Origin: Coriobacteriia bacterium
GTDB taxonomy: Bacteria > Actinomycetota > Coriobacteriia > Anaerosomatales > PALSA-660
Assembly (NCBI GenBank): GCA_025361885.1
Contig: JANYJF010000008.1
Location: 99,263 to 163,262, forward strand
Reading direction: 5' to 3'
DNA length: 64,000 nucleotides
A program made the translations under genes and the position numbers. Shown here piece after piece: positions 29,850-38,441 of the stretch (positions are counted from its first letter, which is position 1; each line of letters starts with the position of its first letter). The notes below the pieces were generated by a model. The model was not told the DNA's origin. It made no database searches and saw only the letters and a program-made list of their open reading frames with translations.

Positions 29850-31361
29850 ATGTACGGACGACATCCCGCCCCCGCCCGAAAGGCGTGCATCGTGTCCGAG
29901 CCCGTCCGCGTGCGCTTCGCTCCCAGCCCTACCGGCAACCTGCATATCGGTGGTGCCCGCACCGCCATCTACAACTGGGCGTTCGCCCGGGGTCACGGCG
30001 GGACGTTCGTCCTGCGTATCGACGACACGGACCCCGAACGCTCGACCGAACAGAACACGCAGGCCATCCTTCGGAGCCTGCGCTGGCTCGGTCTGGACTG
30101 GGACGAGGGCCCTGAGGCGGGCGGCTCCTTCGGGCCGTACTTCCAGACACAACGCTCGGAGTCCTACGCGAGCGCGCTGGAGAAGCTGAAGGCCGCCGGT
30201 CACGCCTACCCGTGCTTCTGCACCTCGGAGGAGCTGGAAGCGAAACGCGCGGTCGGGCGTGCAAAGGGCGGCATCTCCGGGTACGACCGCACCTGCCGCC
30301 GCCTCGACGCGGCGACCGTGTCGGCTCGCGTGGCGGCCGGGGAGCCGCACGTGTGGAGGCTGGCGGTGCCCGAGGACCGGGGCGACGTCCTGTTCACCGA
30401 CCCCATCCGGGGCGACATGTCGTTCGCGGCCGAGGCCCTCGACGACTTCGTGCTCGTGCGTTCCGACGGCACGCCGACATACAACTACGCCACCGTAGTC
30501 GATGACGCGGAGATGGCGATCACCCACATCATCCGGGGCGACGACCACCTCTCCAACACCCCACGACAGATCCTCGTATTCGAGGCCCTGGGGCTCACAC
30601 CGCCGACGTTCGCGCACCTTTCCATGATCTGGGGTGCCGACGGCAAGCGTCTGAGCAAGCGCCATGGCGCCACGTCGGTCGAGTCGTACCGCGACATGGG
30701 ATACCTGCCGGAAGCCCTCCTGAACTACCTGGGACTCCTGGGATGGTCCATGGACGGTGAGACCACTGTGTTCTCGGCCGAGGAACTCGTTCACAGCTTC
30801 TCTCTCGATCGCGTATCGAAGAATCCCGCGATATTCGATGAAGAGAAGCTCGACTGGCTCAACGGCGTCTACATCCGCGAACTGGACGCCGCGGCCTTCA
30901 CCGACCGCATGCTTCTGCTCCTGGAGTCCGAGGGTCTGCTGTCCGTCGCCGAGGCGGCCGGGAAGCGCGAGTGGCTCGAGTCGCTGGCACCCCTGGTCTC
31001 CGAGCGCGTCAAGCGCCTCGACGAGGTCGTGCCGATGGTGCGCTTCCTGTTCGGCGAGAGCGTGGAGATCGCCGAAGCGGCGCGAGACAAGGTCCTGGCG
31101 AAGGAGGGCGCGGGCACGGCGCTCGCGGCGGCGCTGGACGTCTTGGAAGCCGTGGAGCCCTTCACCCACGATGCCGTCGAGGAAGCCCTGCGCACCGTTC
31201 CCGCCACGACGGGCCTCAAGCCCAAGGTGGCGTTCCAAGCCATCCGCGTCGCGGTCACCGGCACCACGGTCTCTCCCCCGCTGTTCGAGTCGCTCGAGTT
31301 GCTGGGTCGCGACCGCACGCTTGCCCGGATCCGCGCCGCCATGCCCCTCGCGGCGCGCTGA
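29850..31361 (+). CDS. gltX: glutamyl-tRNA synthetase
   Basis: PSPTGNLHIGGART (HIGH) and RLSKRHG (KMSKS-like) motifs. An alternative start is GTG 29892 (VSEPVRVRF). Confidence 0.9.
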   Translation: MYGRHPAPARKACIVSEPVRVRFAPSPTGNLHIGGARTAIYNWAFARGHGGTFVLRIDDTDPERSTEQNTQAILRSLRWLGLDWDEGPEAGGSFGPYFQTQRSESYASALEKLKAAGHAYPCFCTSEELEAKRAVGRAKGGISGYDRTCRRLDAATVSARVAAGEPHVWRLAVPEDRGDVLFTDPIRGDMSFAAEALDDFVLVRSDGTPTYNYATVVDDAEMAITHIIRGDDHLSNTPRQILVFEALGLTPPTFAHLSMIWGADGKRLSKRHGATSVESYRDMGYLPEALLNYLGLLGWSMDGETTVFSAEELVHSFSLDRVSKNPAIFDEEKLDWLNGVYIRELDAAAFTDRMLLLLESEGLLSVAEAAGKREWLESLAPLVSERVKRLDEVVPMVRFLFGESVEIAEAARDKVLAKEGAGTALAAALDVLEAVEPFTHDAVEEALRTVPATTGLKPKVAFQAIRVAVTGTTVSPPLFESLELLGRDRTLARIRAAMPLAAR

Positions 31362-31468
31362 GGCCGCCGTTCGCGCGACACGGTCATCCGCCCTTGACGC
31401 GGGCGTACCGGGTTCCCTATCATTCCATCCCGCGCCCCACGTAGGCGGGAGCGCGAGGATTGCCTCAT

Positions 31469-31542
31469 TGGGGCGTAGTCTAATGGTAGGACGGCGGGTT
31501 CTGGTCCCGTGTGTGAGGGTTCGACTCCTTCCGCCCCAGCCA
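31469..31542 (+). tRNA. tRNA-Gln (anticodon CUG), CCA encoded
   Basis: Cloverleaf folded by hand: acceptor UGGGGCG/CGCCCCA, anticodon arm GCGGG-UUCUGGU-CCCGU, T-loop GGUUCGACU. Confidence 0.9.
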
Positions 31543-31571
31543 TGAGGTTCCTAGGTTCGGCTCCATCGCAC

Positions 31572-31647
31572 GGCCCGTTCGTCTAGCGGTTAGGACACCG
31601 CCCTCTCAAGGCGGAGATCACGGGTTCGAATCCCGTACGGGCTACCA
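31572..31647 (+). tRNA. tRNA-Glu (anticodon CUC), CCA encoded
   Basis: Acceptor GGCCCGU/ACGGGCU, anticodon arm CCGCC-CUCUCAA-GGCGG, T-loop GGUUCGAAU. Confidence 0.9.
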
Positions 31648-31657
31648 GACTATCTTC

Positions 31658-31688
31658 GAAGGACCCCGACGGGGTCCTTCTTCACTTC
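31658..31688 (+). terminator. hairpin terminator after the tRNA pair
   Basis: GAAGGACCCC-GAC-GGGGUCCUUC followed by UUCACUUC. Confidence 0.6.
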
Positions 31689-31756
31689 AGGAAGCGGGGT
31701 CTCTCTTCACTTCAGAGAGGTCGCGGCGAGGACGGACGGCGCGTAGGCAGAGCGCC

Positions 31757-31765
31757 TGTTAGAAT
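31757..31765 (+). promoter_or_regulatory. extended -10 promoter (TGTTAGAAT) of rnpB
   Basis: TGn-TAGAAT ends 6-7 nt before the first nucleotide of the RNase P RNA terminal helix. No good -35 element. Confidence 0.5.
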
Positions 31766-31771
31766 GGCACG

Positions 31772-32158
31772 TGGGAGCGGGCCAGACGGCCGCGCGGACG
31801 GGCACCTGTGCACGGACGTGAGGAAAGTCGGGGCTCCGCAGGGCAGGGTGCAGGCTAACGGCCTGGCGTCGCGAGGCGACGGAAAGTGCCACAGAAAAGA
31901 AAACTCCGCCGATACCGCTGCTGCCCGCTCACGCGGGAAGTGGCCCGTCGGCGGAAAAGCTGAAACGGTGCGGTAAGAGCGCACCAGCGTCATGGTGACA
32001 TGGCGGCTTGGCAAACCCCACCCGGAGCAAGGGCGAATAGGAGCGATCAAGGCCGGCCCGGCCGCCGCTCGGGTACGCCCGCTTGAGACCGCCGGTAACG
32101 GCGGCCCTAGATAGATGGTCGTTCACGACAAGACCCCGCTTATCGGCCCGCTCCCACT
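31772..32158 (+). ncRNA. rnpB: RNase P RNA, bacterial type A
   Basis: GAGGAAAGUCGGGGCUCC (P4), CCACAGAAAAG, GGUAAGAGCGCACC, GGCAAACCCCACC, CUAGAUAGAUGG and ACAAGACCCCGCUUAUCGG. Terminal helix GGGAGCGGGCC/GGCCCGCUCCC. Confidence 0.9.
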
Positions 32159-32200
32159 CGCCGATCCGCCGGTGGCCCAAGCGCCCCCGCCGCCTTCGGG

Positions 32201-34183
32201 TCACACCGCTTCGAGCCTTGTGCGAACAGCTCCCGAGATCCCCTCGCCCGTGATGCGCGGCAGGCGCACGTAGTCTCCGCCCGCGAGTCGCGCGAGTTCT
32301 CGTGCCACGCTGACCGGCGACGCACCCTCGGTGATGTCGATGACCACCGCGTTGATCCCCTTGTCGCGCACCTTGGCCGCCATCACCCGCGCGTCCTCGC
32401 TGCCCAGACCCCCCGAGAGTCCCACATTGGCGCGCCCGTCGGTCACGAGCACGAGCCACGGCACGACCTTCGAATCCCGCCGCGTCTCGGCGTCGAGGAG
32501 GTCCAGCGAGGCCTTGATCCCAGCGGCCAAGGGCGTGGCACCGCCGCTCGGCATGCTTCGCAGCTTGAGCTGAGCAAGCTCGACACTCGATGTCGGTTGC
32601 AGCAGCACCTCGGCGGCGTCTCCGCGGAAGGACACCAGCCCGACCCGGTCGCGTCGCTGGTAGGCGTCGACGAGCATCTCGAGAACAGCGGCCTTGGTGG
32701 CCTCCATGCGTGTCGATACTCCCATCGACCCGCTAGCGTCCACGCAGAACACGATCGACGCTCCGACCCGACGCTTGCGGACCTTGGTGCGCACGTCGGC
32801 CGGCTCGATGCGGATGGCCATGTCGCCCTCGCGCGAGCGCTGGTGGGTCGCCGCCTCGCGGATGGTCGCGTCCAAAGCGATGTCGACGGGCTGCCCGGGG
32901 CGTGGTGGCTCCGCTCTGGTGTAGCGGCCCCGCTTGTCATCCGAGCGGGTCTCCTGTCGCCGGCCCTCGCCGGAGCGTCGCATCCGGTCCAGCGGTGTCA
33001 CCAAGCGGTCGGTGATCTCAGCCGCTGCTTCCGTGTCCGCCTCGGCTGCGTGGCCGCGAACGGACAGACGCGCTGCGGCGCCGTCAGCCGCGGACCCGTC
33101 GGGCGTGCTCTCGGGGCGCGGTGATCCGTCGCCAGCCTCGCCACCGCTCTCCGACATCAGCGAATCCAACCGCATCTGGTCGAACGACACGTCCTCGAAC
33201 GGCTTGCGGTGCACGCGATGCGCGAGCACGAGGGGCGCGACGCGACGCACGTCCTCTGCCTCGGGGGCGTCGCGCCCCTCGAGAGCCGCGAGCGCGCATG
33301 CTGCGCGGGCCATGGTCAGGTCCGCTCGGTGTCCGTCGACGCCTATGTCCGCCGCGACGTTCGCGATGAGGAAGAGCAGATCGCGGGGCATCTTGACCGA
33401 GGGAAGCCGGTCACGTGCGGACGCGATCCGCTTCTCCAGCGCGCGCTCCTGCGGTGTCCACACCATGCGGAACGCCGTCGCGTCGTCCTCGAACGCGGAC
33501 CGACGCTCCATGACCTCGACGCGGTCGCCCGGGGACGAGAGTCCCTCGATCTCCACGCACAGTCCGAAGCGATCGAGGAGCTGCGGACGCACCTCCCCCT
33601 CCTCCGGGTTCATGGTGCCTACGAGGATGAACCGCGCGGGATGCGAGAATGCGACGCCCTCCCGCTCGACGATGTTCACGCCCATGGCCGATGAGTCAAG
33701 CAGCGTGTCGACCAGGTGGTCGTCCAGGAGGTTGACCTCGTCCACGTACAGGATGCCGCGGTTGGCCTCCGCCAGAAGACCCGGCTCGAAGCGCCGTTCC
33801 CCGTGTTTGAGCGCGTGTTCCAAGTCGAGCGTGCCGATGAGCCGGTCTTCCGTCGCAGAGACAGGCAGTTCGACCACGCGAGGTCGCCTGGAGGCCACCG
33901 GAAGCGGCCCCGACTCCGCGCGCGAACGGCACTCGTCGCACAGCGAAGATGCGTCATCCGGGTCGCACGAGAAGCGGCAACCTTCGACCACACGGATCGG
34001 CGGCAGCACCTCGGCCAACGCTCGCACCGCGGTCGACTTCGCCGTGCCCTTGTCACCCCGAACGAGAACGCCGCCGACCCGCGGGTCGACGGCATTGAGC
34101 ACCAGTGCTGTCTTGAGCGTCTCCTGACCGACGATCGCCGGGAACGGGAACGTGTTGCGCCTGATGCTCACACAGACTTCCAT
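32201..34183 (-). CDS. ChlI/BchI-type AAA+ ATPase fused to a ChlD-type vWA domain (chelatase-like motor protein)
   Basis: FPFPAIVGQETLKTAL, Walker A GDKGTAKST, YVDEVNLL, an acidic linker and a vWA MIDAS motif VDASGSMG. Start ATG 34183 (or GTG 34171) overlaps or abuts the upstream stop at 34168. Confidence 0.8.
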   Translation of the reverse strand: MEVCVSIRRNTFPFPAIVGQETLKTALVLNAVDPRVGGVLVRGDKGTAKSTAVRALAEVLPPIRVVEGCRFSCDPDDASSLCDECRSRAESGPLPVASRRPRVVELPVSATEDRLIGTLDLEHALKHGERRFEPGLLAEANRGILYVDEVNLLDDHLVDTLLDSSAMGVNIVEREGVAFSHPARFILVGTMNPEEGEVRPQLLDRFGLCVEIEGLSSPGDRVEVMERRSAFEDDATAFRMVWTPQERALEKRIASARDRLPSVKMPRDLLFLIANVAADIGVDGHRADLTMARAACALAALEGRDAPEAEDVRRVAPLVLAHRVHRKPFEDVSFDQMRLDSLMSESGGEAGDGSPRPESTPDGSAADGAAARLSVRGHAAEADTEAAAEITDRLVTPLDRMRRSGEGRRQETRSDDKRGRYTRAEPPRPGQPVDIALDATIREAATHQRSREGDMAIRIEPADVRTKVRKRRVGASIVFCVDASGSMGVSTRMEATKAAVLEMLVDAYQRRDRVGLVSFRGDAAEVLLQPTSSVELAQLKLRSMPSGGATPLAAGIKASLDLLDAETRRDSKVVPWLVLVTDGRANVGLSGGLGSEDARVMAAKVRDKGINAVVIDITEGASPVSVARELARLAGGDYVRLPRITGEGISGAVRTRLEAV

Positions 34184-35622
34184 TGGAACGAACCGCACGT
34201 GGCAGGAGAGTCCTCGTTGGCCTTGGGACACGTACCCACGTACACGCAGTCCTCGCACGTGTACGCGTTCATGTCGATGCCGCTATGCGAGTACACCTTG
34301 GGCTCAGCCGCTGGTGCCGGCTCTCCGATCGCGGCCAGCAGATCGTCCAGGGGCTCTGGCTGGGGCTCATCGACGGGCCCGGAGAGCTCCGGGGCCGGCT
34401 CGTCCGCGGCGGTGTCGTCGGCACCCGACACGTCCTGCGCGGTGGCGACGGCATCCACGACGGGCGGGATGCCCATCGGCGCGAACGCCACCTCGGGCTC
34501 GGCGAAGGTCAGACCCATGGGCTCCGTGGGGGCCTGGAACTCCGACTCGTCGGGACCCTCTCCACCGGTCGTCTCATCCGGCAGCAGCGCAGCGGTGAAC
34601 TCCTCTTCAAGCACTGCCGGGGCTTCGGGTCCAGGCACCGGGGCAGCCGGAGTCCCAACAGCATCCGAGACAGGCGCGGCACCGTAGTCGCCCATGATCA
34701 CCGGCTTCGCAACAAACTCGTCGACCGGCGACGGCAACATGCCGCCATCCTCGTGCGTGGCCTCATCGAGGCCGACCGGATCGTGCGTGGCGCCGAGGTC
34801 GGTTTCATCGCCGACCGGGACAGGAGCGTCGTCGGTGTCGGGGACGGACACCGGGTCGGGGACGGACACCGGGTCGGGAACGGACACGAGGTCGGCCGAG
34901 GTCTCTGCCGCGGTCTCCTCGACGAACGGCTCGTCTTCGGCTTGAGCGGGCGCCGACTCCGCGCCCGCCGTCTCCCAAGGCCACTGCGTCGCGATCGGAG
35001 TCTCGAAAGTGGCGTTCGCGATGAAGTCGTCGGCGGGCTCCGTCACTTCAGGAGCCGCATCGGGTATCTCGTCGAGTACCGGGGCCTTTGTGAAAGCCGG
35101 CTCCGACGCAACGTCCTCCACGACGGACACAGGCTCCCCGACCGGCTCAGGCGCGACGACGCCATCCGCCTCCATGCGATCGGCGGCGCGGCGCAGCGCA
35201 TCCACCAATGGAAGCGGCGCGGCGCCCTCGGGCTCCATCCGCACGTCGGCGGCCTCGGCGACCACTGCTTCCAGTTCCGCGATGATGGCCTCCGCGTAGG
35301 GTTCCTCGACGTAGGTCTCGGCGGCGACCGCGGATTCGAGCGGCAGGTCGGCGACGGCGCTGGCGGGGCTCTCCCATGCGTCTGCGATCGGCTCGTCCAC
35401 CGGCGTGCCCACGAGCGGCTCCACGACGACGGGCTTATAGATCACGACGGGGGTCGACTTCTCGATGTCGGCGACGAACAGGTCGAGCCCTTCGAACGAA
35501 CCGTCCACCGGGAGCAGCGCGCCCAAGCTGTCCAGCGCGTCCTGACGGCTCGAGAACGTGGTCTCCGAGACCAGACGTACCGAGCCGGTCGAGCGGTCGC
35601 GTCCGGCGAGAAAGAATCGCAT
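34168..35622 (-). CDS. hyper-acidic low-complexity protein with small N-terminal domain and C-terminal 4-Cys motif
   Basis: Strong GC3 bias in this frame; the opposite-strand ORF is Arg/Gly junk. ATG 35622 lies 8 nt after AGAGG. C-terminus YTCEDCVYVGTCPKANEDSPATCGSFQWKSV. No family recognised. Confidence 0.6.
   Translation of the reverse strand: MRFFLAGRDRSTGSVRLVSETTFSSRQDALDSLGALLPVDGSFEGLDLFVADIEKSTPVVIYKPVVVEPLVGTPVDEPIADAWESPASAVADLPLESAVAAETYVEEPYAEAIIAELEAVVAEAADVRMEPEGAAPLPLVDALRRAADRMEADGVVAPEPVGEPVSVVEDVASEPAFTKAPVLDEIPDAAPEVTEPADDFIANATFETPIATQWPWETAGAESAPAQAEDEPFVEETAAETSADLVSVPDPVSVPDPVSVPDTDDAPVPVGDETDLGATHDPVGLDEATHEDGGMLPSPVDEFVAKPVIMGDYGAAPVSDAVGTPAAPVPGPEAPAVLEEEFTAALLPDETTGGEGPDESEFQAPTEPMGLTFAEPEVAFAPMGIPPVVDAVATAQDVSGADDTAADEPAPELSGPVDEPQPEPLDDLLAAIGEPAPAAEPKVYSHSGIDMNAYTCEDCVYVGTCPKANEDSPATCGSFQWKSV
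34837..34890. repeat. 18-bp tandem repeat x3 (encodes VSVPDP x3 on the minus strand)
   Basis: GTCGGGGACGGACACCGG at 34837-34854 and 34855-34872. A degenerate third copy lies at 34873-34890. Confidence 0.9.
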
Positions 35623-35823
35623 CCGGGACACCTCTTCGGGAGTAGGTGGGTCAGGTTTGCGGGGTCGAGCCGCGGCGATGGCCGTCGCGCGTCCATGCTA
35701 GCCCCCGGCGACGGTGCGGGCAACAGCATTCGAGTCGCGTCGCGACAGGCGTTCCGGCCCCGCATGCTACGATGTCCGGGCAGGTCATCTACGCTGCCCA
35801 CGAGTGAGGAAGCCTTCGCGCGG

Positions 35824-37509
35824 ATGTACTCAGGGATGCTTCTTGCCGAGTGCGACTTCGTCGCAGTCGACCTCGAGACCACGGGCTGCCAGCCTGGACG
35901 CAACAGCATCATCGAACTCGGCGCCGTGCGCGTGCGCGGAGGAACGGTGGTCGCGGTCTTCTCCGAGCTGGTCCGGCCCCACGATCCCATCCCCGCGGCG
36001 GTCGAAGCGTTGACCGGGATCACTCCCGCGATGGTGGCGGACGCCGGGAGCCTCGACGACGCCATGGCGCGCTTCCGGTGCTTCGCGAAGGGTGCGGTGC
36101 TGGTCGCGCACAATTATCGCTTCGACCTGAGCTTCCTGGACTTCGAGTCCGAGCGGCTTTGGGGCGCTCCTCGTCCACGCCCCGCGATCGACACGCTCTC
36201 GCTTGCCAGGAAACTCCATCCGGGCATAGGCAAGTACAACCTCGGCTACCTCACTGAGATGTATGGCACGCCCACTCGTCCGGACCACCGCGCGATGACG
36301 GACGCCCTGGCCGCGGCGGAGGTCCTCGTGGCAATGCTCCCGGCATTCCACTCCCTCGGGATCAAGACCGTGGGTCAGCTCGCGGCATTCGCCGGGCTCG
36401 ACGGACAGACCCTGCTCGCATCGAAGTTGCCGCTGACTTCCCACATGCCCGACACGCCGGGAGTCTACCTTCTGCGCGACGCGTCCGACCGCGTCATGTA
36501 CGTAGGCCATGCGAAGAGCCTGCGAGTGCGCGCTCGCAGCTACTTCTATCCCACGGGTGACGGCGTGCGAGGAGAGATCGCGGCCAAAGTCGAGCGGATC
36601 TCATGGGTGACGACCCACTCCGGCCTTGACACGGCGCTGCTGGAGCGCCGACTCGTCGACCTCTACGATCCTGAGCACAACGCCGCGTCGCAGCGCTCGC
36701 GGCGGGCCGTCTTGCTGCACATGAACACCACCTCGGCCTTCCCCACCCTTCGCGTCGTCAACGCACCACGCGTGCGGGGCGTGACACTCGGGCCGCTCAC
36801 CAGCCGCTGGGCCGCCACCACCCTCGCCGACGCACTGACGGACCTCTACCGCCTGCGTCGATGCGCTCGCCGTGTGACGCCGGCCCTCATCTCGCGCCCA
36901 TGCCAGCACCGGGACGACCGCACCTGTCCGATGCCGTGCGTGGAAGACGTCGACCATGAGGACTATGGGCGACGGGTGCAAGCCGCGCTCAGGGCCTTCA
37001 CCGACGGCGACACGTCGACGCGTGCGGCGTTGCTCGAGCGGCAGCAGGCGGCAGCCGAGGAGATGCGGTACGAGGACGCGATCCGCTATCGCGACGCGTT
37101 GCGCGCGCTGGACCGCGCTCAGTCGACCCTTCGAACGCTGCGTGAGGCCATCGCGCATCCCGACGCTGTCCTCGTCGAATGGGAGGGCGATCACGCCGTC
37201 GCGCACATGATCCGCGGGGGACGCCGTGCCACTGTCGTGCGTTCGACGCGCGCCGGTGTGCTCTCCGGAGCCTTCGCATCGCGACTCGGCACCGCGATGC
37301 ATCGTACCTATTTCGACGCCGCGCAGCCTTCCGACCCTCAGCGCCTCACGTCATCGCAGCTCGCTGAGATACTCATCGTCGCGACGTATCGATCGCAGAC
37401 CCTCCCCACCGAGTTCCCGGTCACCACCGAGGCCGACACCGTGCGTCGGGTACGCTCCGCCGTCGAGCGCGAACTCAGGGTGCCGAGGCGGCGTCACGCA
37501 GCCGTCTGA
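35824..37509 (+). CDS. DEDD (DnaQ-like) 3'-5' exonuclease fused to a GIY-YIG (UvrC/Cho-like) nuclease domain
   Basis: FVAVDLETTG (ExoI), AHNYRFDLSFL and HRAMTDA motifs, then PGVYLLRD...VMYVGHAKSLRVR (GIY-YIG). Only the last 561 codons of the 1108-aa ORF are used. Start ATG 35824. Confidence 0.8.
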   Translation: MYSGMLLAECDFVAVDLETTGCQPGRNSIIELGAVRVRGGTVVAVFSELVRPHDPIPAAVEALTGITPAMVADAGSLDDAMARFRCFAKGAVLVAHNYRFDLSFLDFESERLWGAPRPRPAIDTLSLARKLHPGIGKYNLGYLTEMYGTPTRPDHRAMTDALAAAEVLVAMLPAFHSLGIKTVGQLAAFAGLDGQTLLASKLPLTSHMPDTPGVYLLRDASDRVMYVGHAKSLRVRARSYFYPTGDGVRGEIAAKVERISWVTTHSGLDTALLERRLVDLYDPEHNAASQRSRRAVLLHMNTTSAFPTLRVVNAPRVRGVTLGPLTSRWAATTLADALTDLYRLRRCARRVTPALISRPCQHRDDRTCPMPCVEDVDHEDYGRRVQAALRAFTDGDTSTRAALLERQQAAAEEMRYEDAIRYRDALRALDRAQSTLRTLREAIAHPDAVLVEWEGDHAVAHMIRGGRRATVVRSTRAGVLSGAFASRLGTAMHRTYFDAAQPSDPQRLTSSQLAEILIVATYRSQTLPTEFPVTTEADTVRRVRSAVERELRVPRRRHAAV

Positions 37510-38368
37510 GCCTGGCGAGGTTCTCGGAGTCCTTCAGGGGCATCTGGCCCGGCATCTCCAGTATGGCTGCGACGTGCCCGAGACGCGGCTCCGCGAACAT
37601 GGCCGCGAATCCGCTCTCTCCGATGCCGCCGTCGCCTATCCATGCGTGCCGGTCGCGCCGCTCGCCCAGGCCGCCCGAGCAGTCGTTCGCGTGGATGACC
37701 TGAAGCCGGTTCAGACCGATCCGGTGGTCGAGATCATCCACGAACTCGGACCACTCATCGTGACCGCGCAGGTCGATACCGGCGGCGAACGCGTGGCACG
37801 TGTCGAAGCACACGCCGACCGCGTCGACACCCTGTGAGCGCACCGCTTCGACGGTCGCAGCGATCTGCGCGACGTCGCGACCGAACGAACGCCCCGCACC
37901 TGCGGCGTTCTCCAGCAGCACGGCCGGAGCGGGAAGGCCCAGCCCGGCGGTGGCGGCGTTCCACGCGAGGACGGCGCCATCGGCCACACGCGACGCCGCG
38001 GCCTGAGGCCCATCCGGAGCAGTGCCCATGTGGACGACGACTCCGTCAGCGTGCAGGACCGATGCGCGCGCGATCTCGTCCGCGAGCGCCAGGACCGACC
38101 TGTGCCACATAGCTTCATCGGTGGATCCCAGGTTGATGAGATACGCGGCGTGAGTGAACAGAGGCGTGATGGCCACTTCCGTAAGCGAGGCCGAGAAACG
38201 CTCCGCCGCGCCCGGGTCGATCGGCGGGCCTGCCCACATACGCGGGCTCTTGCCGAAGACCTGGATGCACTCGCACCCGACCTCGAGCGCGTAGGCGACG
38301 GCGGCGTCATACCCGTCGGCCACGCGAACATGGGCGCCTATGCGCAACCTGGGCCTCCTGTCGACCAT
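37475..38368 (-). CDS. nfo: deoxyribonuclease IV (AP endonuclease family 2)
   Basis: RIGAHV...IQVFGKSPRMW..., TIM-barrel Nfo pattern with HANDC and H-x-D metal ligands. The 3' end overlaps the convergent nuclease gene by 35 nt. Confidence 0.88.
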   Translation of the reverse strand: MVDRRPRLRIGAHVRVADGYDAAVAYALEVGCECIQVFGKSPRMWAGPPIDPGAAERFSASLTEVAITPLFTHAAYLINLGSTDEAMWHRSVLALADEIARASVLHADGVVVHMGTAPDGPQAAASRVADGAVLAWNAATAGLGLPAPAVLLENAAGAGRSFGRDVAQIAATVEAVRSQGVDAVGVCFDTCHAFAAGIDLRGHDEWSEFVDDLDHRIGLNRLQVIHANDCSGGLGERRDRHAWIGDGGIGESGFAAMFAEPRLGHVAAILEMPGQMPLKDSENLARLRRLRDAASAP

Positions 38369-38441
38369 GCGTTGGACCGGCGCGGCACGATGGCGGAAGT
38401 ATACCCGGCATGCTGTCGGGAACGGGCGGTATCATCCGGGT

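Noticed and set aside
29373-31238. 621-aa minus-strand ORF
   Set aside because: It lies antisense to gltX, which has clear HIGH/KMSKS motifs. Its translation is Arg/Gly/His-rich with no motifs, the typical high-GC shadow ORF. Its 3' part would also run through the SAM riboswitch.
31469-31647. tRNA genes as an integration hotspot for a genomic island
   Set aside because: The flanks are gltX and rnpB, both core genes. There is no integrase, no duplicated tRNA 3' end and no compositional break visible by eye.
31679-31715. 12-nt direct repeat TCTTCACTTCAG (31679-31690 and 31704-31715) and hairpin CUCUCU-N7-AGAGAG between tRNA-Glu and rnpB
   Set aside because: One copy overlaps the tail of the tRNA terminator. 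There are only two copies and no associated gene. No function can be supported, and it may be incidental.
34183-35823. First 547 codons of the 1108-aa plus-strand ORF
   Set aside because: The translation is Arg/Gly/His-rich junk antisense to the GC3-biased acidic-protein gene. Recognisable DEDD exonuclease sequence begins only at ATG 35824.
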